DNA from: Sarea resinae
Lineage: Eukaryota
Assembly: GCA_026026165.1 (NCBI GenBank)
Contig: JAPEUD010000026.1
Location: 124,001 to 188,000, forward strand
Reading direction: 5' to 3'
DNA: 64,000 nt
Position numbers and translations under genes: made by a program. Below are positions 36,362-49,003 of this stretch, piece by piece (position 1 is the first letter of the stretch; every line of letters starts with the position of its first letter). A model generated the notes under the pieces. It saw only the letters and a program-made list of their open reading frames with translations, ran no database searches and had not been told where the DNA came from.

Positions 36362-37974
36362 CTACTGCGCAGAGCCGTCAGGGACCGACCTCTCTTTCAA
36401 TGCCGGAGTATTCAAGATCTCGTTCTCCGTGCTTTCTAACCGTTCTCTGCTGGTCCTGAATAGCTTGGGCAGGCCGGACTGCTCGTAAAGCTTTCCATCT
36501 CGAATCATCTGTGCGATTCCTTTAGCCGACAGAAAGATGACTGGCATACCGTGCCCATTGAAGCCTGCTAGAATGAACTGGCCAGGTTTGCCCGGAACCT
36601 CACCGATGTGAGGTAAGGAATCAGATGTGTAGCCCATGACTGTAATCAGCGGCGCGGTCAGTCAATTATGGATGAATCAAAGGCTTCAGACATTATGCAG
36701 AGACGCTATGGAAGAGGTGGGGATGACGAACTTCCTGTCCAGACTTTATCAGTGTATGCTCCACTGTCTTCCCATCCAGTGAACGTCCTTTGCATGTATC
36801 CATCAAAGTAATACTTGGCTGGCTCTATGAGCTGGCTGTCGTCTGCAACATCGTACCAGTGATGACGGTCTGCGAGAAAGACCTGTTTCGCACCGCCTAC
36901 TATGATACTGCCGTCTGCTCTCGGGATCAGATAGTCGAAGCGTCCAGAGGTCTGGCTGATGGCATACGTATACACCATGTGTGGCGGTGGTCGGTCGTCG
37001 GGCGTCACGATCCGGCTGCAGATTCCTCGCACAGGAACGACCTTCTGGGAGTACTGGGGAGCGATGGCAGAAGTGTAGCCGTTCGAGGCGAAAACAACAT
37101 TCTTGGCTTTGACACTGTCTCGGGCTGTTGTCAGGGTCCAGAGTCCCTTTGAGTCCCTTGATTCTGAAACGTGTAGAACTGGCGTATTTGTCTGAAGATT
37201 GGCGCCTTTGGCAACGACAATGGCCAGAAGTTGTACAATAAACTTGTATGGCCAGAGGTGGCCTGCATTATAGCTTAGGCAGCCCTTGGCCCCTTTCACC
37301 CCGGAGGCCTGAGATTCGATTGTAAGCCAGCTGGTGCATAAGCGTCACCGAAGAGGAGGTCAGGGGAACGGACCAGTTCTGCATCATTCCCTACGACGAA
37401 CTGAACTTCGTCACTCGAAGCTACTCCTGACTCGACCAGCTTGCTGTACGCATCTTTTGCATGCCTTGCATCATCCTCGTCAAGGAGAACAGCCAGTGAC
37501 TTTGTCAGAACGAAATTACAATCTATATCTTCCCTCCGAATAATATCTCGAATTGCTGGAATATGAGATGTCTCGAACCTCAGAATCTCAGCCGCTGCCG
37601 CGGCGCCATATCTCTCTATATGCTCGGCGCTACTGGCAAAGTCGGGTCTCAGATGACCACCTAGATGATCTGGTTACGTCGAAGTTCCTATATTCATAAT
37701 ATGAAAAGCACTTACCGTTCCGTCCAGTTGCACCAGAGCAAGCCTGACGAGCTTCGAGAATGACAATAGAACAAGGCGGAGCATTTCCATCAAGCAGATG
37801 GTAGGCCGTAGATACGCCCGCGTAGCCAGCACCGATGATCGCAACATCACATTCTGTGGGAAGCTGTTCGGTCGACCGATGATTGTCCAATTCGTGCACT
37901 TCCGTTCGCCAGAAAGGCAAGGTGGAGTTGGGAACCGGAAAGGCGCTCTTCTCAGAAGGCAGATGGCCTGACAT
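36362..37974 (-). CDS. FAD-dependent oxidoreductase, DAO/PuuB-like family, 4 exons
   Basis: DVAIIGAGYAG Rossmann motif, LEARQACSGATGRNGGH, VVFASNGYT, DYLIPRADGSIIVGG, WTGIMGYTSDSLPHIG, AGFNGHGM. Frame is intact across three GT-AG introns. Confidence 0.92.
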
Positions 37975-38879
37975 GATCACCTCAAACAAGTGGACTTGGA
38001 GGACTGGAGAGGGACACCTGGATGTGCCTCGCAATAATGACTACCTGAGAGTACTACCTCTGAATTCAAGGACTCGCATTGACTAGGATATTCGGAGCAG
38101 CTCTGCGGTTCTTCGACTGTCCGTCAATCCCTGACATAGGGAACGCCGTGCCTTCTTGCGAGAGCATGCACTCAATGCATCGAAGATGCAGGGCTGCATG
38201 TGATGACTCGGTGGGTCCGGCTCGCAGCAATCACAACTCAATGTCTCGACCTGCAGAGGACTTAATGGTATACACCTACACCTACACCTTCACCCACAAT
38301 TATGCCATACGACGGCTAAATCGCCTTGAGCCTGAGGTTAGGGACTATTAAGCTGACGACAGCAGATTACGCTGAGGACGCGTGGACCTACAATGTTCTA
38401 GCTAGTAGCTACTACCTCCTACCCCACCTTGCATCTCTAGCTACTATTACCAGCCCACCTGCTTACCACCGATTTACTGCCTTGATATCGAAATATCGCG
38501 GGGCTGCAGATTGAACATCAAGGTAGGCAAGATATGGAATTTATTGATAGCAACGGGAATTATACCATCGCTACTCGCATAATCGCAAGCTATCCATAAT
38601 CCCCGGCACGTTTGCATTCACACCTGTTGCGCGGAATACTACCCATCAACCAAACTCAGGTCGTCAGCCATAAACGTTAACGGTATTGAGCCAAAAAAAA
38701 AAGTCGCCAATACAACGATCTCTCATCTGAAACAAACACTACGATACACAGGTCAAACGTTGTTCTTCCCCAGAGGGCTCAGACTAGAGATTTGCTACAA
38801 GATTAATGAAGCAGCATACGACCAATTAGATATCATTTCTCTTGATAAGAAATTCGAACTGACATAGACAAATTAGCTC

Positions 38880-39631
38880 TCATCCATTCCAGAGTATCGA
38901 GGAGTGTAAGCTAACCACCAAACGGCCAAACCCTATACACTCATCAATGCCTTCCGCTTCCGTTGCGATATCGAAGTCGAAGAGAGCTTATGCCATACGG
39001 TAGTCCGGAAGACTTTTTAGTTGGCGACTGCAAGCTGTTGTCCAATCGTGGGAAGAGTCTTGACGACATCCACGGAGATGAGGAGGCGGTCGAATTCATC
39101 ACCCACAAATACGCTTTCTTCGTGGAGGACTTGCAGCAACATCCAACCGGTGTGAGGGAGTACAGCCAAGACATGGCCCCGAAATGTAGGCCAACATGAT
39201 AACTCCTTTTGATCCTGAAGGACGAGAAATAATTCGGTTGACTGCCAGCCCTGCTCATCGCCGATCTCAATCGCCAGCTCGAGATCCTCTAAACAGCAGA
39301 GGCGCTGAATATCTTCGCAGGCGCGGGCCCAGGCCTCGTTTCGTCCTTCTTTTCTGCTCTTTGCCTCGATAAGAATTGTCGTAAAGGGAATGGCGTCAAA
39401 TTGGTGACTCCATATTCTACGCACGAGATCGAGAGCTTTCCATTCGATGTTGTGCTTATTCAGTCTTCGAATTACAGCATTTCTCAACCAGGAATCCCAT
39501 CTCCACTGTAGTTCGAAGTCTGGCGGAGACGGCAGCGTGGCAGCGGGTAGGAGATAGTCGATCTTCGGCCTGATCATTTTCTGATGAAGCGCTCGAAAGC
39601 TGCTGAACTGGCCTTCGTCAGACGTAGCCAT
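38880..39631 (-). pseudogene. Disrupted fungal hypothetical gene with an internal two-fold domain repeat (frameshift ~39060, stop 38988-38990)
   Basis: Repeat 1 reads W..LRNAVIRRL..WKALDLVRR..TILIEA..EAWARAC. Repeat 2 reads WPTFRGHVLAVL..WMLLQVL..LLISVD and continues only in another frame as DSSHDWTTACSRQLKSL, followed by a TAA. Confidence 0.55.
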
Positions 39632-40381
39632 ATGTCGTTGGGTGGACTGGTAAGTGATGGTATGAAGGATGATACGACACAAGGGCTATGGACGACGGAG
39701 TCGAACGACGATGTTTGGCCGTCTGAGGGCGTCGGGCGAGCAGATATCTGGACCGAAGATGTCGATCAAGAGAGGGCAGACTGTGGGTAGCACGACAAAC
39801 AGGACATTTCTAAAAGGACAGAAGAAGCTTTCGACAGCTTTGGAGACTGGAAGAACCATAGATGACGCGGATACAGAGCAACTTTGCCCGTTTGAGAGCT
39901 GAATGCTTTAGGGTTGGTATGCATTTTCAAGACGTGAACCAGCAGATGAGGTTGACCGTCCAAAGCTGGGCAAGCGCGTGCAGATGGAAGTGTTAGCAGG
40001 GTTGGTCGCAGGTAGCTACTAGTAGTCTTTCGTCCTGGAACTGACTGTACCCTCAATGTTATTCTCATTGCCTAATTGATGACCTGGATGGCATCGAGGC
40101 AGGCAATTCAACCTCCAGGCTGGAAGATCCATGGATTATCTACTTCCAACCTATCTCGTACTAGTTTACTCGGACCGCAACAACATTTAGCCGACTCGCA
40201 GATCCTGACGGGAGGTGCCGTGGAGTAGTTGGAGATACGAGAGTACAGATACCTTGCTGATGTATCTTTTTCGCGATCCTCCAAAATATTCTATTCGTGA
40301 CCGTAACAGTAGTGAGGAAGCTGAAGCCATTGAAAGAAACCAGATATCTCTCCAAAATCCATTCTCTCGGCCACAGCAGTC

Positions 40382-41593
40382 ATGGCGACTCCAAATCCCA
40401 ATCTCATACGCTTCCAGTCCCAAAAGTCTCTTCCTCATCGTCTAGTGCTAGCCACCCTTACTGGTCGTCCCGTTCGCATATCAGACATTCGTTCCTCCTC
40501 GCCCACGAACCCTGGCCTAGCAAGCCATGAAATCTCGTTCCTTCGCCTCTTGGAGGCTGTCACCAATGGTTCTGCGCTCGAGATATCTTACACGGGTACC
40601 ACGCTCTTATACCGTCCAGGTCTGATCACCGGCAGTGTTCCTGGGTCTGGTGCGCACGGAGGGGTGATAAGACACGAATTACCCGCAGATTGCGTCCGGG
40701 GCGCCAGCTACTTTCTCATACCCTTATGCCTCCTTGCACCGTTCTCCAAGGCTCCTGTCAATGTACTACTGACTGGGCCTGGCGTGATTACCTCTGCGAC
40801 ACCAAGTGGCGATGTGTCCGTCGACACCGTTCGAACCGCCATATTACCTCTCTACGAGCAATTTGGAATCTCAAATAATATCGAACTCCGGATACTGCGG
40901 AGGTCCTGCTCGGGACCGAATGGAAAAGGAGGTGCGGGAGAGGTACAATTAGTGTTTGGCCATCAGGTCCGACTCCCCAAGACTATACACGTACTTAATC
41001 CGGGAAGAATTAAGAGTGTCAGAGGGGTCGCATATTGTACCGGTGTATCAGCATCAAATAATGCGCGGATGATTGAGACTGCGAGAGGTATATTGAATCC
41101 ATTGGTCAGTGATACATACATCTTCTCGGATGTCTCATCAGCTCCTTTTGTGCCAACTTCCGACAAATCCACGACTGGGTCCAAGAAGAAGATAGGGGTC
41201 GGTTTCGGTCTATCGCTGGTGGCCGAGAGCTCTACAGGATGCCTTTTCTCAGCAGACCTTGCTTCACCACCATCAGGAGGTCAACCTCCGGAGGATATCG
41301 GCCGCCGATGTGCTTATCAGCTTCTCGAGACGATCTCCCTTGGTGGCTGTGTTTCCCCTACCGCGGCACCAACGGTGCTCACGTTAATGGCCATGGGCTC
41401 CGAGGATGTCGGCCGAATACAGATTGGCAGAGATGTGTTCGGTACAGAAGAGATCATCAGCTTGGCCAGGGACTTAAGAGTGTTTGGAGCCAGCGGATGG
41501 GGTGTCAGAAATTCCAATGATGATTCTGAGAGCGACTTGGTTGTCAGTGTTGTCGGTCGCGGTGTTGGCAACGTCGGCAGGAAGATCGCTTAG
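40382..41593 (+). CDS. RCL1: RNA 3'-terminal phosphate cyclase-like protein (18S rRNA processing), single exon
   Basis: RLVLATLTGRPVRISDIR, HEISFLRLLEAVTNGS, ISYTGT, LAPFSK, GRIKSVRGVAY, GFGLSLVAES, GVGNVGRKIA C-terminus. Confidence 0.95.
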   Translation: MATPNPNLIRFQSQKSLPHRLVLATLTGRPVRISDIRSSSPTNPGLASHEISFLRLLEAVTNGSALEISYTGTTLLYRPGLITGSVPGSGAHGGVIRHELPADCVRGASYFLIPLCLLAPFSKAPVNVLLTGPGVITSATPSGDVSVDTVRTAILPLYEQFGISNNIELRILRRSCSGPNGKGGAGEVQLVFGHQVRLPKTIHVLNPGRIKSVRGVAYCTGVSASNNARMIETARGILNPLVSDTYIFSDVSSAPFVPTSDKSTTGSKKKIGVGFGLSLVAESSTGCLFSADLASPPSGGQPPEDIGRRCAYQLLETISLGGCVSPTAAPTVLTLMAMGSEDVGRIQIGRDVFGTEEIISLARDLRVFGASGWGVRNSNDDSESDLVVSVVGRGVGNVGRKIA

Positions 41594-42868
41594 TGCAGTG
41601 CAGAAATACCGTTAACCATGACCCTCCTCTTTGGCATCTCTGGACCGATGGAATGCTCGTCGATCTTTTCGACTAAGCTTACCACACATCTGGCTTCCAG
41701 GCTATGCGAGAAATGACTGTTACTCACTCTGGGCTTTCCCCACGACACGCCTCTCCTAATCTCAATACAATTCATACCGTCAAGGCCATTTCACTTCAAT
41801 CACCTCGTTTTGTTACTCGGGAGATTTCTGCATTTTGGATGACAAGCAAAATGTAATGTCAAGGCGCTTAACCAAGCGACTCTGACGCTTGTCTCGTCCT
41901 CGGTAGGACCCGAATGCTTGGCTGGCGCAGGGAGCGAATGTGGAAAGAGACATGAGTACTGAACCCCTTTGGGAAGGTTCGATGTCTACGACGTTTACGG
42001 CCCCTACCCAACACTGAACAGCAGTCGTGAAAGGGCTTCGACCGGACTAGCGCGACTTCCAAGAATCCCTACCTACCTCATAGACCTTACGGCCTTGTAA
42101 GCAACTTACACCAGGCTTGAAGATGGTCTGGTATCAACTCGCAGCCGCGAGAGATAGCAGAACTCCCAACCTTCTGGATCATACTTGCGGAAAATAAGCC
42201 GTTAAATGCGCTACATCATCGAAATCTACCTCTTAGGGTTACATGGAGCTCTCATGAACTATGCGGACAACTTGTCTTCAAAACTATGAAAGGTATTGGA
42301 GGAAGGAACTCAACACGACTCAGGGAAGCGCGTTCGAATGAGAGGCATTGATGGAGGGTTCAAAATACATAACACCACCCAGGCCTTAGCGACTCACCAT
42401 AGCCCTATTCTATAGACAGCACTAAACCTATTTCTCCCTTTATATCAACAACTTCAACCGCTTCAACGCGTCAAGTCATACTCGATGATAGTCCGTTTTC
42501 GTATGAAAGTTACTGAGCTCCTGCCACAGGAGAAAGCACTACACCATATCTAGGAGTGTAATAACTCTTCGGTCGAGATCGAGACAACAGCAAGATGGAC
42601 AGCATACAAAAGCTATCGATCGGGTCCCATCCCCTCCTTTCATTTCCTTTCTTCCCCATAGCACTCCGTTCAAATCAAGCGTAACTCTATCGAATATTTC
42701 TGTTTCCTCAAAATCTCGATACTCCAACACCGCGAGACATTATACGTCTTTTCAAAACGCTACCCCTCTACCCCAAAACGTTGACCATTTTCGTCCTCAA
42801 AAAAGCATCGTAAGTGTCTTCTCTTGGGGTGCTGAGAGTGATTCAGCTAAAATGTCTGGAACAGCAAA

Positions 42869-43500
42869 TGGCTTTCAGCTCGATATACATGGGGTTCCCT
42901 CCATGCGACGAGCTGGAATCAATCGGCTCGGTCGCAGCCAACTGGGCCCCTGGAGGTGAGGACGACTTTCTGGATTATCTCTGCGACACTTCTCCTGAGG
43001 TACTTAAGTCCTTCTCTCTCCGCATCAGTGTTCAGCAATTTCTAAGATGAACAAGGCCCACATGATCCGCCGGGTCTACGGCCAGGCCGCTTTTGAGCGG
43101 TATAGACTCGACCTTCTCCGGAATGGTCCCCCAAGAGAACCTGGCGAAGAAAACGCCAATCGGGGTTTGAAAGGTGCCGAGAAGGGCACAATTTGTGAGT
43201 ATCATGTCTGATTCAGATATCTGTCTTGGTGGCTGACTCTTTGGTATAAGGCCAGTGGGTGAAGCGGCTTTCCCGGCGCGTCTTCAGGAGGGTACATCAT
43301 CAAGTGCGCCCTGTAACCTAAAGTATGTTATCGATCCTACCAAGCCATTTTTCCCCCTCGTCCTTCTGGAATACCACTCGACATGATTTAGAGCTAACCA
43401 CTACATAGAGGATGTCGGCGATGGTGCTGGGACGCGTGTAATAAGATCTTGGAGCTTTGGATGATTATTGAGCTGGATTCGAGATGGGATACTGAGTGTG
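42869..43500 (+). other. Possible spliced orphan gene, non-coding transcript or gene relic
   Basis: Two well-formed introns: 43195-43250 (GTGAGT..GCTGAC..AAG) and 43323-43408 (GTATGT..GCTAAC..TAG). No long ORF could be assembled. Confidence 0.35.
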
Positions 43501-44785
43501 GTGTTTTGGATTCTGTGGTGGTGCACATGGCTTCTCCGCGACTGTTTTACATAAGGCAGCTACAGTTGCTCGCTCTGCGCGTCTAAATGCAGAGCATCTC
43601 AAGCGTCAACGTGTCTCTCTCACGTCTGCAAAGTAACAAGTGATGTAATGAATAATGAAAGGCAACGGGCGTGCAGAACGTTGTGACGAGTGAGTCGCGG
43701 GCACCCATTGCATGTTACCTGTTACCTGTTACCCATCGACGGCTGGGCCTGCCCTACCTAGTTCAGATGCTGCCAATTTGGCCGTCCAGCTCCCTTGCAA
43801 TGATCACCACCATGACTCGAAGCAGCAGACCCCCTCGTGCGGACCAAGGCAAAAGGGGGCAGAGCAGAGTGCCTCCATGTAGTACTAAGATCGTACATTA
43901 GCGGTGCGCGTGCCTGCATCTTGATACAGTATCAACATTAGAGTGTGCATGCGGTGGCGGTGTGTGCATTGCAGGTTCGTGTCGTGGGTGCAGATCCGAC
44001 CCACAAGCAGAGCGCACCTACCAGATTTTGCACCCGATTTTGCACTCCCATCTGCACACCAACGAAAGAAGAAGCACGCACCAGCACCATGCACGGATCT
44101 CCTATTACCATCTACGAGTATGACTCTGCCCTTTTCCCTTTCTCCTTTCCCCTTTCCCCTTTCCCCTTTCCCCGTTCCATCTCCTCTTGCGCTTTTCGAG
44201 GAAGACAACAGAGGAGCAGACCTTACCACCACTGCCGTACTGGTACTTGGTACTTGGGACGTGGTGCATTCTCGCGCCCCATCAAATGTTTACGTGAGGG
44301 TCCGTTGTTTATCGACAGCCAATCACAACATCGGCGGCGCCTCGCGACACGATATCCGAGATTAAATACCACCACGACCAGCATCGACAAGCATCTACTC
44401 CGTACTCCTCTGCACCTAACCGTCTCCGTCTCCGTCTCCTGCATTGCATCGATTGAATACTGATCCATCTGATCGGCATATCGCCGCATTTGATACCTCG
44501 ATAGCTTCAACCATCAAAGACGACTCTTCTACTGCCGCAAGGCAAAGGGGTCGACGCGAACGAACTCATCCGGCCCGGGAGTCAGCGAGTCAGCGAGACA
44601 GCGAGTCAGGGTCTCGAGATCTCGAGGTCTCGGAATCTCAGGGTCTCTGGGTATCGATACATGCTCGTACCTTGCCCTAAGTTGCCCTGATCTCCATGCC
44701 TTAGTGAATCGACTCGGTACCCAGCAGACTGGCCTCGGCCGCTTTCTTACATACATACACATAGCCAGACGCGTCTTCTATCGCC

Positions 44786-47517
44786 ATGGCTGCTCAGACT
44801 CCACGCCGCTCGTTGGCCCGTCCGCGACCTTCCTTGGGCAGCCAAGCTCTCAATACCTCATCGACGCCGAACCTGGGGTCCTCCTTTTCACATCCTCCAT
44901 TACCCAACCCACAGATCTCCGGCTTGAGCGCCAGTGCCATCATCGCTCGTAAGGCCTCTTTGAATCAACTGACGTCAGGCTCGCTGTCAGCGATCCCCGA
45001 TAGCAGTGCTGGCTATGGGCTTTCTTCCGTGAATTCGCCAGGCTCACCATCCAGTCCGGTGGCGCCAACGACCCCCGCGGCAAAGAGAATGGGTCCGGGA
45101 GTGGGTCATGGAGACATCGAACTTGGGGATACCGTCGAGGTCCCCGGGGGGATGTTTGGAACTGTTAAATTCATTGGCACGGTCAAGGGCAAAAAGGGCG
45201 TCTTCGCCGGGGTAGAACTCAATAGAGACTGGGCACCGAGGGGGAAGAATGATGGTGATGTTGACGGGTATGTCTTCTCCGCTGCCCTCTGGTTGAGATA
45301 GTGCCTCACAGACTGTTCAATCAATGACGGTGTCTCGCGATCCTCTTCACTAACGGCCGTCTTAGCATCCGATACTTCAGCACGTCCATTCCTAATTCCG
45401 GGATTTTCCTTCCCGTCAGTCGTGCGTCGAAGCGGGCCTCGCCGAGTCTTTCATCGGGCTCCTTTCCACCTACTCCAACGACACCGTCGCTTGGGGAATT
45501 CCCCAATCCGCAGACGGAGCCCGCAAATTCACATACTCCTCCAACCCCATCAATGCCCAAATTCAGCCAATCTGTGGGACAGGGACGAGCTCCCAGTCCC
45601 CAATTCAAACCAAAGTCGAGACCTTCTCTCCCTCGCCCCGAATCGCCGCTACGTAAGCAGCCCACTCTAATGGCCACGCCTGGGAGGCCATCATTGGGAG
45701 CGCCTGGCTCGAAGATGAACGGGTTGAGTGGCCCGCGACCTTCGCCCAGTCCAGGGCCCGGCAGATTCGGCAATCCGACAGAAACCGGGAGGAGACTTGG
45801 GTTCACGCCCAAGACGGGCTTGAAGACGCCAGGCACCCGACCGGGTTCAAGAAGCCAATCGAGGATGAGTGAGCAGTCCATGCCAGAGCAAGACAATGAC
45901 GCCACCCCTATAGGCGTGGCTCGGACGAGTGACGGGACTTTTGGTGCCTTGGCTCGGGCACGACCTGGCTCTGGTAACAATGATGAGGAGGTACAGAGAT
46001 TAAAAGTCAAGCTTGAACAGAGAGATAAACAGTTGAAAGAGCAGGCATCCAGCTTGGCGGAGATGGAGACTAGTCTGGCTGAGATCCAATCATTAATGCC
46101 ATCAGCAGGCGGCGACATGGGGCGAAGTCATCATGGCAGTGGTTCGGAAGATGCGGACGCTTCTCAGCTACGGGCCATTCTCAGAGAGAAGAATGAAAAG
46201 ATCGCTATGCTGACGACGGAATTCGACGCGCATCGGGCCGATTTCCGAAGTACCATTGATACCTTGGAGCTTGCTAGTACGGAGACTGAGCGAGTCTACG
46301 AAAGGAGAATCGAAGATCTGACGCAGGAGATCCGGGAATTACAAGACAGAAGCGAAGATGTGGAGAGTGTAGCCAGGCAACTCAAGCAACTTGAGGAGCT
46401 GGTTCAGGAGCTTGAAGAGGGTCTGGAAGATGCTCGGCGTGGGGAAGCAGAAGCTCGAGGTGAAGTGGAGTTTTTGCGAGGAGAGGTCGAACGGGGCCGT
46501 TCTGAGCTAAGAAGGGAGCGGGAGAAGGCCGCTGCCGCCCTGAAAGGTGCCGGGGCAGCCGTGGACGGCAACGCGAGCCCAGGGGGATCAAAAGAGGTCG
46601 AGCAAAGAGACGACGAGATCAGAGGCTTGAAAGCCATCATCCACTCTCTAAGTAGAGATTCGGTCCCGCCAGATGCTACTAGTCCGATCTTGGAAAGGAC
46701 GGAAAGCCAACGAGATAATGGCTTCCCGATTGTCAACCAACAGACGAAGGAGGAACTCGCCGAGGAGCGTCAGGCAAGGGAGCAACTTACGCGCGAGGTC
46801 AAAGAGCTTGAGGGCCTCATCGAGCGTAAATCCTTCCGGGAAGAGGAGCTGGAACGGGAAATCGAACGGCTCAGAAGGAACGTTCCACCTAACCAGCGAG
46901 GAAGCGTTGGTACGTTGGGAAGTAGCCATGCTTCGGAGCGTACTGTTACGCAGAGCAAACGTTCTTCCGCCCGAGATTCCAGTGGCACTGTCGTTGGTCG
47001 AAGAGACCCGGTCGGGTCGCCAGAGACGTACCGTCATGCTCCAGCCTTAGACTCGATGACCGAGTCCGATAACTACTCTTCGGACGCTGACGGTGGCATA
47101 CTCTGGTGCGAGATTTGCGAGACAACTGGTCACGATATCCTGACCTGCACGAAAATGTTCGGCAAAGAGAGCACTCCCAACGACGAGGCCGACGTACTCA
47201 GGCCGAGCCCTTCCTCACCGGCGGATAGGAAGCATACGGGCAGGGAGGCCGTCGTGGAAGGGCTCAAGGGGCTGTCAGTGAGCTCGCCTCACAACGAAGA
47301 TAGAGTGGCGCCGTTGTCGCCCGCTCGACGAAGAAGTCCCGCTCCTCCTTCGACGCCTCAGAAAGCCCCTGCTGCAGCCCCGATGCCGAGTCCGATGGAC
47401 CTCGGAGCGCCGGCGCCCGGAAAAGCTTCCGGGGTCGTCGACCCCAACAAGTGGTGTGCACTCTGCGAACGCGATGGGCACGAGAGCGTGGACTGTCCCT
47501 TTGAAGATGCAATCTAA
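44786..47517 (+). CDS. CLIP-170/Bik1/Tip1-like microtubule plus-end protein; intron 45268-45365
   Basis: CAP-Gly domain (GTVKFIG..FAGVEL..GKNDGDVDGIRYF..SGIFLP), long coiled coil, two CCHC zinc knuckles (WCEICETTGHDILTC, WCALCERDGHESVDC). Confidence 0.9.
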
Positions 47518-47789
47518 AGACGTGCATGCGCTACGTCCTTGGAACGTATGAGATGTCAATGTGGTCGTCCGTCCACTGTTCTTGTTCTTTCGTTTATTTG
47601 TCTCATCGTGGGCGACGAAGTCTACTAATGGAATCCAAAAAAAAATCATAGAGGGAAAACACTTTGATGATGTTCACGAGATATACGAAGTCTTATCTAT
47701 TCGCCTGTCTGGGTCATTGGATTCCGGGGGATCTCTGTGTTCCCCTTTTTTCTATCTCTTCAACTCTGTCTTCTTTTCTTGAAAATCCT

Positions 47790-48990
47790 GTTGGGTCTGC
47801 TCTACTCTGCTCTGCTCTGCTCCACTGTGCTGTGCTGTGCCGTGTGCCTACGCGAGCGCGTACATGTACGCAGAGTGCGTGCATATGATGTTGATGATGT
47901 CCGAATCAACCCAACCCAACCCAACCCATATCCAGCCCCCCCTTTTCCACCTTCCACTTTCCTCTTCTTGGGCCCTGCATGTATGTATGCATTCATGCCA
48001 CTCTTGTCTGTTCGTCTATCTGGCTGTTTGTTTTTTTTTTCTTGCAGCAGTCATATCGATATCCCAGCCCCTCTTGAATTTTTTTTTTTTTTACTTCGTT
48101 GAGGTTTCACTTCCGTCACGCGGTGGTGTGAGGAGCTAAGGTAATTAGCTAGTGGCTGCAATTGGTCAGTCAGTCAGTCCGTTAGTCCGTCAGTCCGTCA
48201 CTTAGTCAAGTCAATTAAGTCTAGACTCATAATGAAGAGAAATGTTTAATTCATAGAGTACATCATGACACACACGCCTCACTTTTCTTTCTTCCCTTGT
48301 CCGATCGCCAAAACGGGCATGGATGGATGAGCTGGGCAAGGGATTGATGGGATAGAGGTCATGTTCATGTTTATAGGACTAATAGATGGATAGATAGATG
48401 TATTATACGATGTGATATGATATGATGCGATGCGACTATGGGGGGGTGGGTGGGTGGGGGAGATGTAGAGGATAACAATGACTATGACGATGACGATAAC
48501 AATGACAATGACAATGGCGCCGAAGATGAGACGGTGATGAGATAGTGATGAGACGGTGAGACGGTGAGACGGTGATGATGATAGTGAGAGTGAGATGGAT
48601 GATGAATGATGTGGAAGATACATACGCCATGCCAGCATGCACGCCAGCCCCTCGCCCTCGCCCTCGCCCTTGGCCTCGCCCTCAAAAAGCAAAAGAAGAA
48701 GCAGAAAAATCGGAATGCCGACGAAAAACAAGGATAATAAACCGAGACGAAGTTGGACAACGGAAAGGAAAAGTGAGAGTGGAAAGGAGAAGAAAAGCGG
48801 CAAGATATGACGTGAACGTGGATATGAACATGGACGTGATTAGGCCTTCCTATATATCCACACACATACACACACGCACATCCCCCAACAGCAGCAGCAG
48901 CAGCAACAGCAACAACAACACCAAAAGCAGTAGTGTATTAAGCAGTCGAGTCCCAGACCCAGTCCCAGACCCGCTTCCAATTATAGCTCT
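47790..48990. repeat. Microsatellite-rich low-complexity zone: (CTCTG)n, (CAAC/CCAA)n, (GTCA)n, (ATGAC)n, (GAGACGGT)n, (GCCCTC)n, (CAG/CAA)n
   Basis: Directly visible short tandem arrays between the convergent CLIP-170-like and ENV7 genes. Confidence 0.85.
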
Positions 48991-49003
48991 AGTTGCATCT
49001 CGC

